In this document: one piece after another, positions 14,595-26,464 of the stretch | How positions within the stretch are numbered: position 1 is the stretch's first letter | Layout: each line of letters opens with the position of its first letter | Source: Oikopleura dioica | Taxonomy: Eukaryota > Animalia > Chordata | Length of the DNA: 64,000 nt | NCBI GenBank assembly: GCA_907165135.1 | Contig: OU015568.1 | Location: forward strand, 4,712,001 to 4,776,000 | Reading direction: 5' to 3' | The notes under the pieces: generated by a model | What the model saw: only the letters and a program-made list of their open reading frames with translations | Databases searched by the model: none | What the model was told of the DNA's origin: nothing | Program-made: the position numbers and the translations under genes

Positions 14595-16378
14595 TTATGT
14601 TTTCTTGAGACTGTAGAGCTTCTTTTTGTCCTTGGTTTCTGACACGAGCGAGCCTTCCTCATTCAAAGCTTTCATAATCTTCCCGATTCTAGAAACGATT
14701 AAAACTGTACTTGTTAGTATGCTGTACCTTTCGATGGTTTCGTCCTGAGTCAAACCAGTTTTCTTCGTCTTGAATTTCTTCAAGATTTCCTTCGTCGTCA
14801 GAGGCTTGAGAGCAAGAACCTCTCTAACGGCTTCGAGAGAAATTCCAACGCCACCGGAAGAGGGGCCAGGAGAATCACGCGATTTTTTGGCAGAGGTGGA
14901 GTTTGGAGAAGCTTGGTCGCGCACGCGCTTGAGGCTTGAATGAGTTGGCGTCGGGGTTGCCCGTTTCTAGAGGGAGAAAAGTAGAGAAGAAAAGGTAAAA
15001 AGGTTTACCTTGTCGGTCGGAGTATTCGGCCGAGAAGTCTTTTGATTTTGGGAGAACTTGAAAAGCGCGGATTTTGAAACGATGTCCTCGATGTCTGAGT
15101 CTTTTACATCTGGATCGTCTTTGTCCTAGAAGCAAAATCAAAAAGGAGTCGAAAACGAAGGGCGATACTTCTATTTCCTGAGTTTCTTTCTTTGTTTCCT
15201 CTTCTTCCTCTTCGTCCCCACTCGATTCGGACAGCTCCCGGTCAGAAATGTCTTCGTTGATCCCCTTTAATTCCGGCTTGTCATCTTCTTTGAGCTCAAA
15301 GTCGGATGAATCATCGGACATGTAGTCGACTTCATCACCCTCTCCGTCTCCATCATCAGAATCTTCGAACGCCGCGTCCCCCTTTTGTTTGCCACCGAGG
15401 TTCTTTTTGCCTCTTCCCGCTTTTGTCCGATTCGCCGCAAATTCGTCCTCGTCGAAGCCCATTTCGTCGACGTTTTGATGAACCTACAAAATTATAGACG
15501 GGTGAAAGGGACAAAATAGTACCTTTAGATCAGATTTGGAAGCCCCTTCTTCTTCGTCCCCGTCTCTTTTTGCTTTCATAAGATTGAATTTGTTCATGAT
15601 TTGATCTCTCCTGTCCCATTCTGCCTCTGCTTCTTCGTAGTTCAAAGTTCGGTGGCGGATATCAGGTCGAAAGTTGTACCAGTCCTAGGATGACTCGGTT
15701 AGAGAAGGATCCATTTCAAATAGACTCGTACCTCAATTTTGAAAGCTTCAAAAATCTGTCCTTCCTTCTGATGCATAACAAAATACATGCTATTCTGCGT
15801 TACATCTCCCTCTCGATTCCCCGTAAATTTCCTCGGCTTCTTCTTCGCCGCTTTTCCTCCCTTTCCTTCTTTTTCAAAATCCGAGAGGGTCAGTTTCCAT
15901 GATTGAGCGTCAATGTCAAATTTTTGAATGCGATGTCCGAGGGTCATTTTACGAGCGATTTCTTTCTCGCGAGCTCGGTATTCGGAACCTTCTCCGAACT
16001 GAGGAAGTGCTTCGGATTTGAGATCGTATGCGCGCTTTTTGGACATGTCTCGCTCAATTTCGACGTCTCGTTTGTTCCACTTTTTGAAGGGGTTTTCTGT
16101 GGTGTTTGATGCGGGAAAATACATCTTCGATTATCCAAATACATCAAGAGACATCTGTAGACATCTGCAGACCTCAAAAGACATCTAGAATGACCTTAAG
16201 ATAGCGCTACAGTCCAAGAAACATCTTTTAACAGCTCAGATAAACTTAAGAACTATTGAGACATCTTGAAGAAAACCCGATCCTGTGGCATGTCAACGGG
16301 AACATTGAACTTCATCATACTGTATTTCCTAGTGCTGCGCGAGACATGAACCGAAAATGTACTCACATCGTTTTGCAT
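14595..16378 (-). CDS. GTF2F1: General transcription factor IIF subunit 1 (RAP74)
   Basis: RKYSMMKFN, WNKRDVEIERD, PQFGEGSEY..REKE, FEAF...WYNFRP..HRTLNYEEAEAEWDRR, acidic middle region, C-terminal winged helix (EAVREVLALKPLTTKEILKKFKTKKTGLTQDET). Confidence 0.92.
16121..16270. repeat. Degenerate 10-bp-periodic ACATCT repeat in GTF2F1 intron 1
   Basis: ACATC or near-variants start at 16121, 16141, 16151, 16161, 16171, 16181, 16221, 16231 and 16261, all in one 10-bp phase. Confidence 0.8.
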
Positions 16379-16565
16379 CTTTCTGAGAATCAAAAAATAT
16401 AAAATCTTTCTTTGAAATATCATCTCGGTAGTACATTAAAATAATTAAAAGAAGAAACAACCAGCATGTCACAAGTGTGTTGATGACAGAAATTAAACTC
16501 TTTGGCAGTGAAAAAAGAAAGAGAAAGGAAAAGATACGGAGAAGAAAATTGGTTTAAAATTGGTT

Positions 16566-18210
16566 TTAGAATTTTCGCTGTTGAAAAACTTGTTGCTGTC
16601 CAGTCGCGTATTTATTGCCAGGCATCATGTTCGGCTGCTGACGGATGTTTTGCATGTTTGGTCGTTGGTTTTGAAAGTTCTTGGAGAAATGAGCTTGCTT
16701 CAACTTTTCTTTGTTTACCTGATTTTGTCTTTCAGGCTCATTTTGCTGCTGTTGCTCGATTCGTATCCTCTTGGTTGGCGGTTCCTCTCCTTTTCCAGCA
16801 GGACCAGCTTGAGCTTTTGCTTTATCCTTTTTTCTTTCCTCGTCCGTGAGAAATTCGCGTTTGGGATAAACTATCGGGCCATCGCCAAATGCGTCCTCTG
16901 AAAAAGAGTTGTAAAAATTGATCGATTTTCGATCCTACCAAGTGGGATTTCGTCCTTTTCTCTGAAATAGTAATCTTCCATCGCCGCTGCAGAGGTCATT
17001 CGCTGCTTTGGATCCATGATCAACAAGCTAGAATCGTTAAAAAAGGGTTGAAAAGCGGGGAAACTCACTTTTTGAGCAATTTAAAAGCATATGAATCTTG
17101 CCGCAACCGATGCTTGTCCATGTATCCAGCCAAACTCTTGCCGCTGAAGTCAACTCTTCTAAAGTCTTTTTGAAACGTCATGTGCTCCGGCATCTTTTTG
17201 ATATCATCCCAGTCAGCAGGAAGGCCCATGACTTGGAAGATTTTTTCCAGCTGATCGTGGTGGTATGGATTCGAAGTTTTGATGTCTTCTTGGCGGCAGT
17301 GAAAGATTGGCTCGGAGGTGAGCAGTTCTGCGAAAATACAACCTTTCTCACGGTTCAATTTCAATTTTTCGACAAAACGAGGGGTCAAAAAATGAAGATG
17401 AACCGTTCCCTATCGCCCAAATATCAATCGCTTTCGTATAATGCCGCGCTCCAAGGAGCAGCTCAGGCGCTCGGTACCAAAAAGTGACGACCACTGGATC
17501 CAGATCTGCCAGCGGCTTTAGCGGCGAGTTAAAAAGACGGGCGAATCCCATGTCTGCAATTTTCACCCTGCCGCGTTCTTCGCCCTCTCCCATCACCAAA
17601 ATATTCGCTGGTTTCAGATCCCTAGGTTTTTTATTAGCGCTGGGAGAGTCTAAATGCTTCTACCTGTGGAGAACCCAGTTTTCATGAAGATAGTGAATTC
17701 CATCGAGGATTTGGTACATTAGAGACTTGACCATTCGCTCTGGGATGTTTCCATGTTTCTTAGAAAAGAACTTCAGTTCAAGGGAAAGGAAAACCGAAGA
17801 GGGTACCTTATTCGCGCGGTGAAACTTGATAATGTGCCAGAGATCGTGTTCGGCGTAGTCGAAAAGCAACCACACTTTGTGGTCTGAATGGTTCTCATTT
17901 TGGATTTCAACCGGCCTCAAAAGGAGGAGAATCAGATGATCAAAACCCTTGCCAGAAAGACCTTCTGCAGCGCAATAACATTCGGATGCTGTAGCTCCCT
18001 CAGAAGCGCGATTTCTCGACAGGCTGAAGGCGTAATACCAGTTCCTTCAATCAACTTCAGCGCGTATTCCCGCTTGTCGTTTTCATCCCGCGCGCGAGCC
18101 TTGTAAACATGGCCGTATGTGCCTCGGCCTACTTTGCATCCTTCGTAGCTGAAATCGTCGTCGACTTTGCGACGCAGCGAGCTCAGTTTTTGAAGAAATC
18201 CATGATCCAT
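16566..18210 (-). CDS. CDK8: Cyclin-dependent kinase 8 (Mediator kinase), multi-exon
   Basis: [110 protein letters not shown]-rich tail. Confidence 0.97.
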
Positions 18211-18410
18211 TTGATTTCTAAAGAAATGGAAAAATGAGTTCAATCGTTTGTTGAAAGAGAACATTTCTAAGTTGATGAAAAAAAATAACATAAAAATGAA
18301 CTTTGCTCGTTTCGTGACGAAACTTTCGTCTCTTATTCTAGTGGAATGAAAAAGCTTTCTGAGTTGGGATAGTAAAGTAATTTTAAAATATACAGAAAGA
18401 AGCAATAACT

Positions 18411-20158
18411 TTAGACGACTTTCTTCTTCGGACTCATCGGGTCAAGTTTATACAGCTCTTCCAGCTTCAACTGACCGCCAGTCTCGTTTAGCCAATCCAT
18501 GAACAATTTATTCGTGAAACTCTTTAAATTTTGCTTCATTTCGGCTGTTAGTTGTGGGTCTTTCGTAAGTTTTCGGCCGTTCCGCAGGACTTTTTCCTGG
18601 CTGGCGACAGCTTGAGCGTACTCTTCGGGAAGATCGATGAAGAATTTAGCGACACGGGGAGCGGGATTTTGAGGTTTTGAAGAGGCAAGTTCGAAAGGGA
18701 TATTGATGTAGAAAAACTCTGAACACACAGTTGCCAAATACATTCAAAGGAAGGATGCAAGCTTTAAGTAAGGCTGACTCACCTTTAGGGTCTAACTTCT
18801 CAAAGATTTCTTCAACCGGAACTGAGCTTCGTCTGACCGTCAAATCAAGAGGACTGTCCCACAAATTGGGATGCGATGGAAGAGCAGCTTTCTTGACATC
18901 TTCTGCCAGTCTCGAATGATTCACATTTAGTGGCGCCAGTTTGATTCCGGAGCAACTGACAAGAACTGGATTCGTCGGGACAGAACTATATACGGTAGAG
19001 TTTGAGGTCGTGGAGATGAAGAGACATCTGGAGTAGGTAACTAGGCTTATATTTGATGATTTGGTGAGGCGAACGATTCCGGATACTGACGGGGCGACAA
19101 TCGTACAGTTGTTGCACTGGGAGATACTCACTGACTTGATGTTGCCGATAAGGTAGAGGGTACTCTTAAAGAAAATATGAAAAGATGCTTCATCTTTATT
19201 TCAAACATACATTTTCGCACTTTGAAATTCGTATACAAGAGTCTTCCAAAATCTGATGATTCAAGCAAGCAGTTTGATCGACCATCCTTTTCAAATAGAA
19301 TTCCCTGTCTTCTGATTCCGTCACGATCGAATGATTGCCGATGAATCGGGCCGGTCTGTCGATAAGTCTAGTCGTCGCTCCTTGGAGGGCTGAGACTGGG
19401 CAGCCATTGATGTGACTGGTGATGAAATTTTTGAGTTTTGACGTGGAACAGTGCTTCGTCTCGCGATTGTAGATCATTTCATCTTCGAAGCGCGCAAGGA
19501 TACGGGAGAATGGGAGGATGTTTCCATCCACTCGGCCTAGAATTGATTTTTAGCGAGATGTCTAGTTTGCTAAAAATGACCTCTTATCAGAAATTCCAAA
19601 CCACGAACTCCATTCAAACTAATCGTCCCCTTACTCGTCGCGTTGTAAGAACAAAGTTTGAAAATCTGGTCAAGATTGTTGAGAATCCATTCTGCGTGCG
19701 GCGAACTGATCTGTTTCCAGGGACACATTTCGTTGATGCTCTTGTTGAGCGATTGAACCTTGACGATCGTCTGAGCGTAAAGAAACAGAGTAAATTGCAG
19801 CGTGTTCACATGTCGAGTCGCTTTGAAGTCAGTCAGGGAAAGAGCAGCGCGTTTGTCAAGAATGGACTTTGCTTCGTTTTCGTTCACTTCCTCAGAAGAG
19901 TTCATTTTTATTGATTTTCGAAATTCATACTTGGAAAGAGTCGAAAGTCTCAAAATACACCCAAGCCAGTTGTTCCGCCATTCCTAGCTTCTCACAAGCC
20001 ATGTGCCGCCATACCTTCCAGCTGAGCATCGGCCAGTTTTCCTTCGACAGAGAATATTTGATGATTCTCTCCGCGTTGGTAAATGTGATTTTAGGATGAG
20101 AATACACCATCCCATACTCGAAGAGTTTGCGACTCGGCCACAGTTGAACTTCGTTCAT
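18411..20158 (-). CDS. TBCCD1: TBCC domain-containing protein 1
   Basis: [30 protein letters not shown] matches TBCCD1 LYWSTWRHIACGKLQLAKDLAWLYFEIFDS. Beta-helix C-CAP/TBCC segment ([27 protein letters not shown]). Confidence 0.85.
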
Positions 20159-20515
20159 TCTTTCTCAAAATTTCTATTATTTATGCTCTACAGAACCCCG
20201 ATACAGGTTTAAAAAAAAGGTAACCGAGTCCAGAAAGACATCACTCTTTCAAGTAAGGATGAATTGTATTGCACTGAATATTGAATTGAAGGATATAGAA
20301 GGAAGGTATATATTTTCGGTTGTTGTTGTTGTTCTTGAGTACAGTTGTGTTTCATGTGAGAACTTTGAGTATATTTTGAGTTATAGGTAAAATAGAATAG
20401 TAACACTGCAAGGCACTAAAGAGCAGAAATAAGGAACAGTAGCAGATTCACAAGTAGAACTAGAATTGAATCAAAAAAGAGCAATCATTTCTTCAATCAA
20501 GCAGGATTCGGAAAT

Positions 20516-22065
20516 TCAGACAAACGCACGGTAAATGTCAACGGCTGCGGAAGTCTCGATGGAAATTGTCTCAGCTGCCGAGGCGTAGAAAACTGCTCCC
20601 CGGGGAGCTTCATTTCCATTGATTGACGCACTTCCTGATGTTACGATCAAAATCGAGGCTGAGTCGCGCACTTACACCCGATTGAATAATTTAGCAATAA
20701 TTTTGCAAAAGAGATGGAAAAATGAAACCGGTTCCTGGAAGGGCTCGTTTTCCAGCTTCTTTCAGCGAAGTTGCTTCGAGGGAAAAGTCCGGAATGTCGG
20801 GATTAAAGACCTTGACTTGACCATCGTCAGATTCAGCTTTGAACTTGAACGAATCGGCTTCGTTTGGAGAGTACTCGAGCATATCCACAAGTGTATCGAC
20901 ATCCATGAACTAGAATTCACATGTTTGAAGTTGGTCGGAAAATTGGAAGAACAAACCTTTGGAGTGAGCCCGGCGCGCACGACATTGTCAGAACAAGCCA
21001 TGCACTCGACACAGTCGCCCGACAAATAAGCATGTGGCAAGTTGGCTTTCAAAAACATCGCTTCTCCTTTTGCAACTTTGATGTAGTTGAGAAAATACGC
21101 GACAAAAATGCCCACATCGCCGGGGAAGTCTGAGTTGAGACGGAGAACAAGATCTGCTTCCACATCGTCTGGCTTTGTTGAATTGATTCTAGCGACGAGC
21201 TTTGCGACTTGAGCGGAAATCAGTTCTTTTGGAAGATTCATAAGCGCGGCAAAACCAGATTTGAGGGCTAAAATTACCGCTCTTTTATCAAATCATGGGC
21301 AGATTCAAACCTTTTGGGTACTCAACAGGGTCATCTTTTGCTGCAATCATTTGTCCTGCCTTTTCTCCGAGCAAAATCGCTAGTTCTGGAACCGAGTTCA
21401 AGAAGCCAACTGTCTCCCGAGCGGGTCGAAACCCACAGAGCCCGTTAAAGTCGGTCAGAGCAACGCACATTTCTGGCTTGTGATTGTCATCAGGATAATG
21501 AGCTGGGTCCTTAGCGTGGAGAATTTCTGCAAGGGACTTATTTGGGTGAGCTTTTTTAGAGATTTTCATGACGTTCAGTGACATTTGATTCGTTTATACA
21601 TATATTAAGCGACATTAAAGAAAATTGGGGGACCATGCAAAATATAATATCCATTTTCGAAAAGATTTTAGCAAACAAAAATAATCATTTGAATTGTGAA
21701 AATCCGACCTTGAATAGAGAGAGCTTTATTAACAGATAGAACTTTCAGGAGGAAGGGAAGTTTCTTGCCGAATTTCTCCAAGACATTCTTGCCAAGATCG
21801 GATCCATCCGTATTCTTGATGTGCTCGGACAGAGCTGTTTTATCCTCCCAAAAGCTTGCTGGACCTAGACGACATTTGTAGACATCAAAAGACATTTTAG
21901 GGTACCTTTGGGGTGAGTACTCATCCACAGCTCCGCATAAGGGACTCCCTCATCAACGGCGAAATCCTTGACAGCTTCTCCCGCCAACTGTGCCACAGTC
22001 GACTTTGAGCCTGGAACTCCCCAAGCATAATTATTCGCAGCACAGCTTATTCGTTTCAAAACCAT
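20516..22065 (-). CDS. MPI: Mannose-6-phosphate isomerase (type I PMI)
   Basis: [103 protein letters not shown]. Confidence 0.96.
21865..21905. repeat. 41-nt MPI intron made largely of three 10-bp-spaced GACAT units
   Basis: GACATTTGTA GACATCAAAA GACATTTTAG at 21871-21900, between the GTACC donor and CTAG acceptor of the minus-strand gene. Confidence 0.7.
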
Positions 22066-22383
22066 TTTTCGCTGAAACAAACGGGTTGAAAAAATGGGTG
22101 GTTTCGCTTTTTTGGCTAGTGTTGATCTAATGATGCTAATTGACGAACTTGTGACAGCTGGACAGAATTTAAAAATGTGAAAAATTGATGATGGCCGCGG
22201 ATGTACAGTCAGAGTTACAGCGCGCAAGAGAGGGAGAATTTGAAGCAGTCCAGGAGAAAGTCAGTTGTTCGAAAAGTGGTGGTGTTTTTTGGTAGTCGAT
22301 CGTTTCGACTAGAGCGCGATTTTGCTAGAATGGAGGTCAAGAATACGGTATTCTGAATACCGAAATAAGGGACTGCCAGTACC

Positions 22384-22782
22384 TTAAGCCTTTCCAGCCT
22401 GGTTTCGGAGAAGAATGTAGATCTTCTCCTTGACCCAATCTTTGTTGTAGGGCAAGTAGGTCTGCGAGTTCTTCTGGTACACGAGGCAGGACAAGTCCGA
22501 AAGCTCATCGATGAAATCGAACAGCTAAAGAATAAAAACAAGGTGTCCAAACGGGAAGTGTACCTGGCTAATGTCGTAGGTGATCTGGGGAGAGCTAGGG
22601 TTGAGTCGTTTCAAGTGCTCCTCGTAGATCTTGCAGACGCCCTAGAAATCATCAGATTAGTTTCGAGAAGGTTGAAAGTGGGGATATACCTCCATGCAAT
22701 CATTGACCGACTCGTAGTCAGAGTAGGTTCGACCTTCTGGCTTTCTAGTGGGCTGGACAAGGAGGATGGTGTGAGAAGACAT
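22384..22782 (-). CDS. ERH: Enhancer of rudimentary homolog, 3 exons (not resolved by the ORF track)
   Basis: Manual translation [31 protein letters not shown]|[26 protein letters not shown]|[46 protein letters not shown], near-identical to animal ERH. Confidence 0.97.
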
Positions 22783-23088
22783 GACCTTTTTTCTGAAGCT
22801 GAAAATTGTTGAAATCGGGAGAGAAAGGTACAAAAAGATAGGTTTAAATAATATTGGAGCAGCAATTGGATCAGTGGAAAAATAATGGAGACAACGTATA
22901 ACTTTGAATATTAGTTTTTGAAGGGAATAAGAATAAATAATAAGTAATTGGTTGAAAGAAAAAACGACAAAATGATAGAGAATAAAAAGAAAGGGTTGAA
23001 TTGCAAATGACAGAAAATACTAATGAAATGATGACTTTATGTTGCAAGGGGGAGCAGGGGGCCTTGGGGACCCAAGCTGGGGACGGGG

Positions 23089-25160
23089 TTAGTTTTTTGG
23101 TCGACGAACATGTCCATCCGGATAGCGGGTACGGAAAGAGCGAACAAGCTCTTGATCGTGGATGTGGACTCCTTCAAGCTGGTTGCCTACAGTGACCCAG
23201 TTTGGCTAGAAAAGTGATTAAAACCCCTGTATGGAAAAGATTCTCTACCTGGATGTTGTGCATTCGTCCGAAGAGCTCGAGCTTCTTTGTTCCAGGTGTG
23301 AGACGCTCAATTATTCCATAAATTTCGTCGGGTTTATGACTCGTGTCTCGAACTTCTATCAAAGGTTTTATGTTTCAGTGAGTTTTATTGCTTAATTGTT
23401 ACCAGCTACAAGTACGTCACAGTCGAGTCCGCGATTCAGATTGGGAGGAGAACCCTTAATCCCGACAAGGCAGTGTTCTTTTCCGTGGTTAAGCCAGTGC
23501 CCAGTTCTTCCTGTGCGGATGAGTCGTTGAAGCTGGTTAATCTGAACGGAAACGTAAGAGTTGGAAGACAGTAAGATTCATTTCGAGACATCAAGATACA
23601 TTTTAAGACATTGAAAGACATCTGAAAACATCTCAATACACTTTTGAAGCATTTACCTTGACCCAAGTAATTTCATCGATCCAAGTGTATCCCCAAAGCC
23701 TCAGGAGCTCCCTCCCAAGTTCCATCGCTCTTCCAGTTACCCAAAGAAAGAAGAGTCCGTCGTCTGAAAGATCCTGTATTCTCAAGTTGCGCATTTCTTC
23801 ATCCTTCATGGTTCCATACGGCAGTTCCATGTGAATGTCCCACGGCGGATCGGCCATTATTACTGTATACTTGCCAAGTACAGTCAAATCGAGATGGCGA
23901 ATATCGCAGTTGATCCATTGGGGCTCGATCATTCCTGGAGCGCATTTTGGCCGCGCTTTTTCGCTAGAATTTTTGATAAAATGGGGGAGAAAGGGATGGT
24001 GTTTACCTGTTTCTGGTGATTCTTGAGCTTTTTGTTCTTCCTTGGAGTCCTTCTCGATTTCGTAATGGACGTATTTACAAGTGTCATGGTTGAAACAATT
24101 GTTGAGGAAAGAACAATCCCCTACAGTATGAAATTAGCCAAGCGTAAGAATTTACAAACGTACCTAAATGCTCTTGAGTGTGCGGCTTGATGATCTTTTT
24201 GAAGTGAATCTTCTGGCAGTTTGGGACCGGGCAACGCCGCCTCGTTTGAAAATCGCAAAAAATCTAGAAAGCATCTTTGAAGCTCCCTTTTCTTTCGAAA
24301 TATATACTTTTAGCCCGTCGTTCGACTTGAACTTTTGCGCGTTATTTTTCTCCTTGATCGATGGAGTGCCAAGAAGCTTGTCTATTTCCTCCAGATTTCG
24401 CTTTGATTCGAGTTCTTTCGCGCTTTTAGTATTCAGCAATTCGTCCAGCTCGCAATTTGAAGAGTCGCTTCTTCGAGTCTAAAAATATGGAGATGAATCG
24501 AGAAGATCAAGAAGCTGCTTGCGGTTTCGAATAAATTCAAATAAAAGCCGCACTATTGCGGCTTCTTTTATTATTTAGCTCGAAGCCGCAACCGGCTTCT
24601 CGACTCGAGGAAAAATCATAAAATGAAAGGGAGTGTTAAAACCCCGATATTATTTGGTGGCAAAATTATTTAGTAAAGGATTACACAATGAGACGGGCGG
24701 ACAGAACGAACACCTGTTGAATGTCTCGATATTTATCTGATACAAGCCAGAAACATATGGCGAAGAAAACAGGCATAAGCCTGCTCTATTTTATGAATAA
24801 AATGAACCATGAAGCTTTATAAAACTCATGTTTTATTAAGACATTCGTCTTTTCACATCTCGAGATGTTTAAAAATGTCCAGGGACATCTAAGATATTTG
24901 AAATGTCTTATTGAAGACATTTTTTAGTAAAATAAACATCTTTAACTTTCGATAAGAGTTGTAAGTCCTCAGACCATCATTCCTTTTATGAGAAAACGTA
25001 CCTTTTTTGGAAGAACATGGACTTTTTTCGCCTCAGAAATGGCGCTCTTCTGAATCGTCCTTTTCGTCCCTTCATTCGGCACCGGCCCAGGTGATTCAGA
25101 AACAACTGCGTTTTCTGCTTCTTTTCCTATCTCTTTCAGATTCAAAATTTCATTCGCCAA
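23089..25160 (-). CDS. METTL3: m6A RNA methyltransferase catalytic subunit METTL3 (start codon unresolved)
   Basis: CCCH zinc-finger region, PQWINCDIRHLD..LGKYTVIMADPPWDIHMELPYGTM, LFFLWVTGRAMELGRE, TSHKPDEIYGIIERLTPGTKKLELFGR, PNWVTVGNQL, RYPDG. Confidence 0.95.
23581..23650. repeat. 10-bp-periodic (G)ACAT(C/T) repeat in a METTL3 intron
   Basis: GACATC, TACATT, GACATT, GACATC, AACATC and TACACT at exact 10-bp spacing. Confidence 0.8.
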
Positions 25161-25551
25161 AATGATTCAAAAAGAAAAAATTCTATTTTTGAAATTTGAA
25201 ATCTGGTGCCTGCGATTTGGCCAACTGGGGCAATAGCGGCGCTTGTCCACGAGCCTCGCGCCGAGCCGCCAATTTGCTTTTCAGAGATTCCGACATTTAT
25301 TTTTTGAGAGCCCGATTTTCAGTCTGAATTTTGGGCAATTTTTATTGAGGTCTAAAATAAGTTTCCAAGTCTCGAATCGAGTAATTAGAAAGAATTGCCT
25401 CGGCTTCTACGATTCTTAACTCAAAGCCGCACGCGGCTTTTCGAAGATTTTTCAGAAGTTTTTTTCGGAGACAAATTTTATTGTTGTGTTATCAAAATTG
25501 TGGTCATTGTTGCATGAAATTTCATTAAATGACGCGATTCTTTGATGAAGT

Positions 25552-25970
25552 GCGCAATATCTTTCGATAATGAAAAATTCTTGAATTATTTTATCGTCAG
25601 CAAATCAATCAATCGTGACTACATATATCTTTACCGCCGAAAATAGCCTTGGAACTTAATAAAAATAAACTTTTAACGATTTTAAGCACTGTAGAATACC
25701 TGAGTCAGGGTCTTGAAAGAGCTCTGCTTAGATCGAAGTGCTTTTTATAAGCTCTGTCAAGAGCGTGACTCAGAATTTATATCTAGAGTTTTTAATCGTG
25801 AAAAGTTTATTTATATTCAGTTTCAAGTAACTATTTTTGGCGATCAAGATATATGTATTCACCATTGATTGATTTGCTCAGGATAAAACTATTCAAGAAT
25901 TTTTTATTATCGAAAGATATTGCGCGTTTTATAAGACCCTGACTCAGGTTTTTTCACAGAACGCCGAGCC
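25552..25970. mobile_element. Nested fold-back element: arms of about 135 bp around a family A core, plus a family A right TIR
   Basis: 25552-25690 is the reverse complement of 25788-25925 with scattered mismatches. The centre 25689-25785 holds CCTGAGTCAGGGTC...GTGACTCAG. GACCCTGACTCAGGTTTTTTCACAG lies at 25935-25959. Confidence 0.8.
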
Positions 25971-26464
25971 CAGTTTCCGACAACCCAGTAACACGCTATT
26001 TCAAAATATAGGAGTAGAACATTAATTTAAACTTTATTTCTAAAAGAGAGGAAGAGAGAGGGGAACAATGAGAGAGGAACATGAAGAAAGAGAGGCAAAA
26101 TAATGAACTAATTTTAAAATTGAAATTTAACGAAAAAATCGAATCAAAGATAAATTAACAATGAACAATTATTTGAACAAAAAAAAAATGAAGCCCAAGC
26201 GCGGCTTATCAGTGAGAAAAACATACAAAAAGGGAGGGACAGGAAATGGCAGCTTTTGGAACATTGAAATACAACGGAAATAAGAATTTTTTGGATTGAC
26301 AGATGATTGAGCGAAATCAGGAAGTTTTGAACAAATTGCAGTTGTGGTAGAAAATTGAATATGAATTAATCAAGTTGAATCAGAAGCGTTTTGTTTTAGC
26401 ACCAGGATTGAACTACCCCCTCCAGAAGAAAAGGGGGCGTTGATTTTGACAGCAGGCTGATTTT

